Of a stretch of 64,000 bases of DNA, positions 57,355 to 64,000 are shown one piece after another (position 1 is the first letter of the stretch; each line of letters opens with the position of its first letter). The stretch lies in IMG/VR virus record IMGVR_UViG_3300025120_010481, positions 15,204 to 79,203 of that record; one strand, written 5' to 3'. The position numbers were made by a program, and so were the translations under genes. The notes under the pieces were generated by a model. The model was given only the letters and a program-made list of their open reading frames with translations. It searched no databases and had not been told where the DNA came from. This DNA is from a virus.

Positions 57355-57397
57355 TTTAAATCTCGAATGTTAAAGATGTATACGATTGTATACACAA

Positions 57398-57709
57398 TTA
57401 CTTATTCAGATCATCTTCTTTTACGAAAATTCCATCAACCATCCTACCCTTTCGATCCTTAATATCTTCCCATGCTTTTTCCATACATTCCCGTAAACTT
57501 AGGTCATTTCTTTCAGCAATATTGATTAAAACGACAATCATATCGCCAATATCGTCAGCAATAGGCTGTCCTTTACATATGTGATCTGATAGCTCTCCAG
57601 CTTCCTGAATTAGCTTCATATATTGATCTTTGTCGGTTGAGCCATCAATTAGATTTCTGTCTTGATGCCAACCCACAATATTACTCTCAAGATGCTCTAG
57701 GTAGTTCAT
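57398..57709 (-). CDS. mazG: MazG-like nucleotide pyrophosphohydrolase
   Basis: QYMKLIQEAGEL, DDIGDMIVVL, IKDRKG.MVDG.FVK. Confidence 0.88.
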   Translation of the reverse strand: MNYLEHLESNIVGWHQDRNLIDGSTDKDQYMKLIQEAGELSDHICKGQPIADDIGDMIVVLINIAERNDLSLRECMEKAWEDIKDRKGRMVDGIFVKEDDLNK

Positions 57710-57978
57710 TGATCCTCCATTTTTAGTCTAGTTATATTAATTTTGGGGTTGTCTTTTAAGAATTCTATATAATCTTCTTCTTCCATCCGTAAATATAATT
57801 CAACTCCATTTGGGGTGATGGTGTGCAACATGTAGTCTTTTTGATTTGTATTTTCAGGTGGAATAAAATAAAATGTAACCAATACGGATGCTGAAATTAT
57901 TGCCATTACTATAAAAACCCACAACAAAAAATCAACAACAGCCTTGTAGTCACAGTTTAGAAACTTAATCATTGTCAA
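57706..57978 (-). CDS. Membrane protein
   Basis: Single TM. Confidence 0.55.
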   Translation of the reverse strand: MTMIKFLNCDYKAVVDFLLWVFIVMAIISASVLVTFYFIPPENTNQKDYMLHTITPNGVELYLRMEEEDYIEFLKDNPKINITRLKMEDQ

Positions 57979-58435
57979 CCCACCCTTCTATTCTTGTGTC
58001 GTAAACCCAACATTCAATATCACAATATTCAACTCGGTCGCGGTACTTTTCCCAGCCATCTTTCTTTGCAAGAAGAATCACTAGCGGAGGACGATCTGTT
58101 TTCAGTCCGTAATAAATCGACTGACCGATGCCTTCAGCCCATTTAGTGGCCCAGTCAATCTCACAGGCTTTGTCCACGAATAGTAGATCAACTCGCGTGC
58201 CGTCATCCAGCCTGTACTCCTTGACTCCACCAATTTCTTTTTGAATTATGTCCTGCCAATAAGTTTCTGTGCCATATCTTTGTGTGGTAAAAACTTCTGG
58301 TAGAACTTGCTCATTATTGCTTTCATTGTCAGCAGTAGGGGCAGATAACGTAAGAGCAGCATAAGCTATAAAACCTCCTGCAACTCCTATCATTATTGAC
58401 TTGCACCAAATTCTTAAATAAGTCCACCTATTCAT
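57965..58435 (-). CDS. Membrane-anchored PD-(D/E)XK-fold protein
   Basis: N-terminal TM; EYRLDDGTRVDLL..EIDW..KWAEGIGQS..Y. Confidence 0.6.
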   Translation of the reverse strand: MNRWTYLRIWCKSIMIGVAGGFIAYAALTLSAPTADNESNNEQVLPEVFTTQRYGTETYWQDIIQKEIGGVKEYRLDDGTRVDLLFVDKACEIDWATKWAEGIGQSIYYGLKTDRPPLVILLAKKDGWEKYRDRVEYCDIECWVYDTRIEGWVDND

Positions 58436-58540
58436 CTTTATTCTCCTTCTTGGCCTCGTTGCGTTTAATCCGCTCCATTGTCTCTCGATACGAATCGTAA
58501 TCTTTAGTTCTGTTTTTGTCTCCCTTGCTCATGCCGTCTC

Positions 58541-58819
58541 CTAAAATATTACCTTACAGTATAAGTATCCGTTGTTGCAAACTATAAGTAGCATAATCGC
58601 ACTAAGCACTATTAGAAACTGACTGCTAATCTTTTCTCTGAAGCAATACATCAATGAGCAAACTACAAACTTCTGAATCCAAAGCCCGTAAGGTATTGAG
58701 AGCATCAAAATAGCCAGAGGTGCGACCTCTTGATAAATAGGCCATCTTGTCACTTCGTATGTAAATATGTTATCTAGCACACAAAGTAAAACAAAGAAGA
58801 TGGCTAGTGCTAATCTCAT
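58541..58819 (-). CDS. Membrane protein (3 TM, DUF5658-like)
   Basis: LD..FT, E..P, K pattern. Confidence 0.5.
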   Translation of the reverse strand: MRLALAIFFVLLCVLDNIFTYEVTRWPIYQEVAPLAILMLSIPYGLWIQKFVVCSLMYCFREKISSQFLIVLSAIMLLIVCNNGYLYCKVIF

Positions 58820-59514
58820 TGTGTTTCTCCAGTTAATTTAAATGCTTCAAGCGTAAATTTAAATGGACTACCTTCTATGTTTTCTACTAAGTCCCACATG
58901 TCCTGTGCGATCTCTCTGATCTCAACCTGTGCGTGTTCGCTATTTCGTAGCTTGATAAAGTTAGCAAAGCTCCGCATATTAAACATAATGTCTGCTTGAA
59001 TCTGCGAGTTGTAAGTCTTGAAGAATCGTGCTGACTCTTTCGCTCGCTTACGTCCCACTACTGGGGTTAGGTCTTCTATGCACTGATGATACAGGTTATT
59101 TCCAATATCTGTGTACTCTGCAAGTATGTCTACCCACTTATGTTTTTCTGATGTTTTAAATCTGGTTTCAGCACTGTAGGTCGTATTGTATTTGCCTACC
59201 ATTGTGTCTCCCCAGTCTTCCGGCAGGTAATACTTATCTTCTTTAAGTTCTTTATACCTAGCAGACTCAGCATTAAGACTACTAATACGGTGCTTGAGAA
59301 GATGAATATGGGATGCAATATCAGTGTCAACAAGAAAATGAACAGAACCTTTTTCGAAAGGCGTTTCGTGTCCTTCGCCCCATAGCATCTTGATGAGTTT
59401 TTCAATTCTCGCTCTTTTCTTTTCTGTTAGGTTTCGGGAGGTCGATGTCCAAGCACTGCAAGCTATAACCTCATCACTACCGTAGAAACCTATTAATTCT
59501 ACTTTGTTTTTCAT
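58816..59514 (-). CDS. thyX: Flavin-dependent thymidylate synthase
   Basis: GHETPFE, KHRISSLNAESARY, ESAR, NMRS..NF..LR, HAQ.EIR. Confidence 0.93.
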   Translation of the reverse strand: MKNKVELIGFYGSDEVIACSAWTSTSRNLTEKKRARIEKLIKMLWGEGHETPFEKGSVHFLVDTDIASHIHLLKHRISSLNAESARYKELKEDKYYLPEDWGDTMVGKYNTTYSAETRFKTSEKHKWVDILAEYTDIGNNLYHQCIEDLTPVVGRKRAKESARFFKTYNSQIQADIMFNMRSFANFIKLRNSEHAQVEIREIAQDMWDLVENIEGSPFKFTLEAFKLTGETQ

Positions 59515-60114
59515 TTATTTACTATCCTCTGACCAATCATGCTCAATAAACCAATTGCTAAACTCTCTAGATTTTAAAACAATCCCACTTTTACCACCCA
59601 TATAACTTATCGGTTGGAATAAATTATTTTCTTTGCAGGAATTATAAAGTTTTTTTACTCTATCTGCCCACATTACCCCCCAGCGAATTTGCTGACTCTT
59701 GCTTTCCACTAATTGTTTATACTTGTCAAGATCATAGTCCTTTGGTTTTCTCATGTTTGTACCACAGTTAACACTGTTATAGATGAACAGAATACTCGCA
59801 CCTTCTTCGACATAGGCTTTAAGATCGCCCTCTTTCAAGGTAAACTTTCCAGCAGTTGGAACCCATTTAACTTCTAATGGTATATCCTCGCCACAGGTTA
59901 GTGTTATTTTGTAGTCAGCCCCAGCAGTATTCCCCTGCTCAATGAACTCTCCATCGTTGCCACAACCATTGTCTGACCAAGAATCAGCATTGACATATCC
60001 TTTAGCGGTCACAACCTTCATCCATTTATCAAAGAAATATTTTTCCATCATGGTAGAAAAGTAAATATCTTTTTTAAAAGTTTGCACACTTCTATTGTCG
60101 AATCTACTACTCAT
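59515..60114 (-). CDS. PD-(D/E)XK nuclease-like protein
   Basis: ADY..PLEVK. Confidence 0.55.
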   Translation of the reverse strand: MSSRFDNRSVQTFKKDIYFSTMMEKYFFDKWMKVVTAKGYVNADSWSDNGCGNDGEFIEQGNTAGADYKITLTCGEDIPLEVKWVPTAGKFTLKEGDLKAYVEEGASILFIYNSVNCGTNMRKPKDYDLDKYKQLVESKSQQIRWGVMWADRVKKLYNSCKENNLFQPISYMGGKSGIVLKSREFSNWFIEHDWSEDSK

Positions 60115-60575
60115 TTAAAAAGTCTCCTTATCCAGTTGACTTTACGATCTGGGAATCCGTTAGATGCGATGCTTTGAAATTGATCCCAAGTCACGACATT
60201 GATTTCTTTATTATGTAATCTTGACATTTCTTTTGCCATCTCAACTGCTCTATCAAAACACTTTTCAGTCTTTCCAGTCGAATCAGTGTATTTCCATACG
60301 GCGTAATACCTGTCACATGGCACGCACTTTGCCGCATTGTAAATATCCCAACAATAATTTTGAACCTTAGAACCCCACGCTTTGTAATGCTTACATTCTA
60401 CTGCAACATCCTGACATTCAACGTAAACATCAATTGGTCTTTCTTTTTTATTGTGATCAAGACTTTCATAGGTTAATTTACCTAGTGAATAACCCTGATT
60501 GTTCAAAAAGCCAGACACCCTTTTCTCGAAATTTGTTCCGTTGTTTTTAGCGTTTGACCCTTGACCTCCGTTCAT
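60111..60575 (-). CDS. PD-(D/E)XK restriction-endonuclease-like protein
   Basis: GTNFEKRV, IDV..VAVECK, GS..K. Confidence 0.65.
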   Translation of the reverse strand: MNGGQGSNAKNNGTNFEKRVSGFLNNQGYSLGKLTYESLDHNKKERPIDVYVECQDVAVECKHYKAWGSKVQNYCWDIYNAAKCVPCDRYYAVWKYTDSTGKTEKCFDRAVEMAKEMSRLHNKEINVVTWDQFQSIASNGFPDRKVNWIRRLFK

Positions 60576-60973
60576 TTTAAGGCTTTCTTTGCTACAAGTA
60601 GTGATTGCATAGTGATAGCCTTGTCGTCGATTACGAGGTCAACTGGTGGCTTTAGATAGTTACCTCTGGTTCCAGTTGATAGCTCGTTAAACTTAACGCC
60701 CCACTTTTTTAATTGCTTCAAGGTAAAATCATAATAGCACCTACCGGCTAGACGGCTTTCTTCTGAACTTCCTCTGGCAGTCCACATTATAATATAGTGA
60801 CCCTGTTCGTACAACTCGTTAACAACTTCAATAGCCTCTGGAATTGGCTTTGCCATATCGTATGTTCTGCGAAGACCACTTGCATAACGAGATATAGTCT
60901 CATCAATATCCACCATAATCATTTTCTTGTCGTCTGAAAATCTTTTTGAAACATGAAACTCTTGATCACTCAT
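60572..60973 (-). CDS. HAD-family phosphatase (capsule biosynthesis phosphatase-like)
   Basis: VDIDETI, WTARG, KP..DLVIDDKA. Confidence 0.85.
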   Translation of the reverse strand: MSDQEFHVSKRFSDDKKMIMVDIDETISRYASGLRRTYDMAKPIPEAIEVVNELYEQGHYIIMWTARGSSEESRLAGRCYYDFTLKQLKKWGVKFNELSTGTRGNYLKPPVDLVIDDKAITMQSLLVAKKALK

Positions 60974-61475
60974 TGTTGTCCCCTATGTATTCGTGAGAGT
61001 AGCAGACTCTCAAGCTAAGTTTTGTGTTCACCATATTATTATAGTTATTTCTGGTGCTTTTGACATGATCTTTTCTGGCTTTTTTATTTTTACTTGTCGG
61101 CCTCCACGTTTTTCGCTGACTCCGAGACTCACCTAATTTAATATTCGCGGTCTTTGAGAAGAACCTCTTGCCCTCAGAGAGCAATATCTCCCCAACGCAC
61201 TCGCTCATGGCGTTGCCTATCCCCATACCTTGATAATCGGACAGCACAACAAGCCTATGCTCTCTCCATGCGTGTTTAAGGCTACCAGAGGGCATTGCTA
61301 GGACGGAATTAAAAGCCACAGGAACGCCCCACAGGTACGCTACCCAGCACCTAGCACCCTTGTTGATCGCCCCGTTAAGATAGTGATGCTTCTTAAAGAT
61401 ATTCCAAAACATAGGCTTGTATTCTTTTGGAATCTCAAAAACTTCAATATCTAATTGCGGTTTGTTAAACTTCAT
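60966..61475 (-). CDS. GNAT acetyltransferase (partner of the adjacent ABC ATPase)
   Basis: WNIFKKHHYL, RLVVLSDYQGMGIG acetyl-CoA motif. Confidence 0.85.
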   Translation of the reverse strand: MKFNKPQLDIEVFEIPKEYKPMFWNIFKKHHYLNGAINKGARCWVAYLWGVPVAFNSVLAMPSGSLKHAWREHRLVVLSDYQGMGIGNAMSECVGEILLSEGKRFFSKTANIKLGESRSQRKTWRPTSKNKKARKDHVKSTRNNYNNMVNTKLSLRVCYSHEYIGDNNE

Positions 61476-61479
61476 TGGT

Positions 61480-61680
61480 CTATCGCCTTCCTAACATTTT
61501 CATGTGAAACCTCACTTCGTTAAATAGGTCTGCAATTATTACCTGCATGTCTGCCCTGTCCGCTTGACTTTCTTCCATCGAGTCAACAAAACCCCTCAAT
61601 GTATTTAATGCTTCATGGTATCCCTGTGGAGAGTTTATAACCTCCCCGTTTAAATCAACCAGTCTGGTGGGTTTCTTCAT
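61480..61680 (-). CDS. Hypothetical protein
   Basis: 66 aa ORF. Confidence 0.55.
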   Translation of the reverse strand: MKKPTRLVDLNGEVINSPQGYHEALNTLRGFVDSMEESQADRADMQVIIADLFNEVRFHMKMLGRR

Positions 61681-62330
61681 TACTCTGCTCCGATAGTTAT
61701 GCGTGCAACTCTGTTCATATTAGCCAAGACATGTTCGTTATCGTATCGTTCGCCAGTATCACAATCGAAAACCCAGTCAGGTTGTAGCCAATCAATTATA
61801 TCTTTATGGCAGGAGGCAAGCACGATGTTTTTCAAGCTCTTCTTTCGGATGTATTTACTCACACTTACACACAAACTCTTAGCTGTTTCGCGGTTGACCT
61901 CACTGGTAAACTCATCCATAATCAAGTCATCTTCCAGTAGTCGGGCGAACTTTGCACGATACTTTTCTCCGTTGCTTAGAACATAGTAAGGCTTACACAG
62001 AGTAGGAACTGACGCAAGCCCACAAGCATGTAGCTTTTCAATAGATTCATCTGGACTGTCGAAGTGAGATACAATCGCTTTATTGGGTTCCCAGTTAACA
62101 GGATTATTGTGATGTTGTTCTACCAGACCATCATACCACAAACCTTTTCTCAGGAGAGTGCTTTTGCCGCTACCGCTGGCTCCCACAATCAAACCAATGT
62201 TGTAAGAATCATATGGTGGAAAATTAAAGTCTGGAATCTCTGTTGTGATCTCACCTGAAAAATCTAAGTCGAACGCCTGTGCGACCTTTGCGGTGAACTC
62301 ATCTTGTTCTACTTTAACTTTTAATTTCAT
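61680..62330 (-). CDS. Soluble ABC-type ATPase (COG2401-like)
   Basis: GASGSGKST, LSNGEKYRA, MDEFTS.VNR, ASCH.D...LQPD. Confidence 0.88.
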   Translation of the reverse strand: MKLKVKVEQDEFTAKVAQAFDLDFSGEITTEIPDFNFPPYDSYNIGLIVGASGSGKSTLLRKGLWYDGLVEQHHNNPVNWEPNKAIVSHFDSPDESIEKLHACGLASVPTLCKPYYVLSNGEKYRAKFARLLEDDLIMDEFTSEVNRETAKSLCVSVSKYIRKKSLKNIVLASCHKDIIDWLQPDWVFDCDTGERYDNEHVLANMNRVARITIGAE

Positions 62331-62502
62331 TTGATCTACCTTGTTCTATTCTTCGGGTTGAAACTAAATCGCCGTATGGAAGTCCCATCTCGCGAGCTTT
62401 TTCGTCCACTGTATCTTGAACCAACTTAACAACAGACTCGCATTTAAATGTAGGTATTTTTTCTACATCTTGACCGTTCAAGGTTAGCATTACATATTCC
62501 AT
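62314..62502 (-). CDS. Hypothetical protein
   Basis: 62 aa ORF. Confidence 0.5.
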   Translation of the reverse strand: MEYVMLTLNGQDVEKIPTFKCESVVKLVQDTVDEKAREMGLPYGDLVSTRRIEQGRSNEIKS

Positions 62503-62503
62503 T

Positions 62504-62665
62504 TTACTCTCCCTTTAGGTATTCATCGTCTATCTTCTCGACCGTCATCATAGCATCCACATAATTTATGTCAACTATTTCGTAGAGAAAATCTCCAATT
62601 TTAATTTCATCATGCAGGTCAACACCATCCATTAAAGTGTAGTAAAAAGTTTCTGGATCACTCAT
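62504..62665 (-). CDS. Small acidic protein (53 aa)
   Basis: Manual translation MSDPETFYYTLMDG...; GGAG RBS. Confidence 0.55.
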   Translation of the reverse strand: MSDPETFYYTLMDGVDLHDEIKIGDFLYEIVDINYVDAMMTVEKIDDEYLKGE

Positions 62666-62675
62666 TTGTCAACTC

Positions 62676-62870
62676 CTACTTAATAGAGGCGGTTATTTTT
62701 ACGTTGCCGAGTTGCGTTGTTGTTCCAGCAGAAAATCCAAAGCTCTGCTTGACAGAAGTTGACTCATAATCCAAATCAAAATTAACATCTTCGTACTTCT
62801 CATTAAGTCCAGTCAGGATTACGTTAATATTTTCTTCTGCTTTTTTAATATCTTTTCTAATTTGTTTCAT
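62676..62870 (-). CDS. Hypothetical protein
   Basis: 64 aa ORF. Confidence 0.55.
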   Translation of the reverse strand: MKQIRKDIKKAEENINVILTGLNEKYEDVNFDLDYESTSVKQSFGFSAGTTTQLGNVKITASIK

Positions 62871-62880
62871 TTTTAATTCC

Positions 62881-63021
62881 TTATGTTCTGTCTTTCCATT
62901 TCAATCGCAGATGGGTGTCGTTAGCAACTCGCAACTGGAACGCTAAATCTTTCTCACCTAGTTCCATCAGTATTTTTATAGCCTCAAATAGTTTCTCTGA
63001 TTGTTCTGATTCTTTAATCAT
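62881..63021 (-). CDS. Small hypothetical protein (46 aa)
   Basis: Manual translation MIKESEQSEKLFEAI...; GGAG RBS. Confidence 0.5.
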   Translation of the reverse strand: MIKESEQSEKLFEAIKILMELGEKDLAFQLRVANDTHLRLKWKDRT

Positions 63022-63242
63022 TTGTCAACTCCCCTAATTAGTAAACCAATTTTATTAGTCTTAGAATCAAGAAATACTACGCCCTCATCCCCTTGTGAAA
63101 ATTCTTCCATTTCTAAAATTGCTCTACACGATAAAGGTTCATTATACATAGGGACTATAACATCTGATATTGGATCGTTATATGCTGTTTGGCAGTAACC
63201 AATCCAATGTTTCGCCTTTACAATCTCAACTTTCCAGTTCAT
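63018..63242 (-). CDS. Hypothetical protein
   Basis: 74 aa ORF. Confidence 0.55.
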   Translation of the reverse strand: MNWKVEIVKAKHWIGYCQTAYNDPISDVIVPMYNEPLSCRAILEMEEFSQGDEGVVFLDSKTNKIGLLIRGVDK

Positions 63243-63257
63243 TTGTCAACTCCTTTC

Positions 63258-64000
63258 TCAAATTTCTAAAGTTTTCCAAGAACAACCCTGCTCACGCACC
63301 GCTACAAGCCCTAACTTAACAGAAAGACTTAACTCACCACAAGAACGAATCGCTGCATCCTTGGACTTGAGTTCTACGTCCCAGTCGTATCGGTCAGTAG
63401 CGGGATAGTTTGTTGGCATGTCTGCGTGTTTGCGTGGATTCTTCTGGTCTGGCATTGACTCGCTGTAATGAAACAATGGCTTGACGCTACCCCAAGTAAC
63501 CGCACACGCTGCCATGTTTGAGGCACTTGGATTAGCAATTGACGGATTACACTTGTCGTGTAAATTGTCATATGTAACTGGAATATTAAAATGTTCTACT
63601 AAGTTAGCGACAGTCCAACAACCCTTGTCCTCATTTTCTACAACAAGACGACTGGTGACTGACTCATTGCACCTAGCAAGATTAGACATAAAGCGAGTAG
63701 CGATATCTGATAGCTCGCCCTTGGTATTGTTGACATGAATGTTGATAGGATTGTAGTAGCTACGCTCGCAACCCATCATATCCATAACCCAACCGTGATG
63801 ATTAAGTTCTGCAATGCTCTTGTCTACTGCTGGCTGGTTCTCGCTTGCAAGAACATTAAATTGATCTGGGTGACTAGATAGACGCACCTGCCAATCTTTG
63901 TTATACTTTTTAATAGCATTTAGCTCTTCCGCTATCTCACGGTACTGAGGAATGTCTTGAACAGAGAAAGAAAACTCTGGATGCGTCAAGCAAGGGAACA
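63258..64000 (-). CDS. uvsE: UV damage endonuclease UvsE (5'-truncated by window edge)
   Basis: RLSSHPDQFNVLAS, INIHV, RLVVENED, YDNLH, PLFHYSE, RKHAD, DVELKSKD. Confidence 0.92.
   Translation of the reverse strand, partial: FPCLTHPEFSFSVQDIPQYREIAEELNAIKKYNKDWQVRLSSHPDQFNVLASENQPAVDKSIAELNHHGWVMDMMGCERSYYNPINIHVNNTKGELSDIATRFMSNLARCNESVTSRLVVENEDKGCWTVANLVEHFNIPVTYDNLHDKCNPSIANPSASNMAACAVTWGSVKPLFHYSESMPDQKNPRKHADMPTNYPATDRYDWDVELKSKDAAIRSCGELSLSVKLGLVAVREQGCSWKTLEI

Noticed and set aside
1574-63738. Numerous short plus-strand and nested alternative-frame ORFs in the track
   Set aside because: They are antisense or out-of-frame shadows of well-supported minus-strand genes and show no motifs. 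Only 52175-52471(+) was kept.
1-64000. Genome-wide stop-codon reassignment
   Set aside because: Conserved genes are full length in code 11 and end in TAA, TAG or TGA. Only the UGA at 48524 looks recoded.

Overview
This window is a segment of a large (jumbo-type) dsDNA bacteriophage genome. It is AT-rich and gene-dense, uses the standard bacterial code, and has almost all genes on the minus strand. The host is inferred to be Planctomycetota, based on a Tat-signal DUF1501 gene and a prepilin-type gene. In window order it contains: (i) a truncated Vsr/DUF559-type endonuclease; (ii) a ~17 kb glycan-building locus with about 11 glycosyltransferases, GDP-fucose synthase, an SDR epimerase, methyltransferases and a nucleotidyltransferase; (iii) a replication module with an intein-less split DnaE whose halves flank a DEDDh exonuclease, plus primase, DnaB, RecA, dNMP kinase and SSB; (iv) PhoH, class Ia RNR, a sigma-70-family sigma factor, membrane proteins and three classes of protease; (v) an RNA-rich region with tRNA-Thr(UGU), tRNA-Asn(GUU), a circularly permuted two-piece tmRNA (tag ANASFAMAA) and two unassigned structured RNAs; (vi) ThyX, MazG, nucleases, an ABC-ATPase/GNAT pair and UvsE. 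The main observations are the permuted phage tmRNA, a candidate phage selenoprotein (in-frame UGA at an expected Cys followed by a SECIS-like hairpin), a promoter-driven rod-shaped RNA with some 6S-like features, and foreign genes flanked by duplicated translation-start segments. All assignments come from manual motif reading; no database searches were run.
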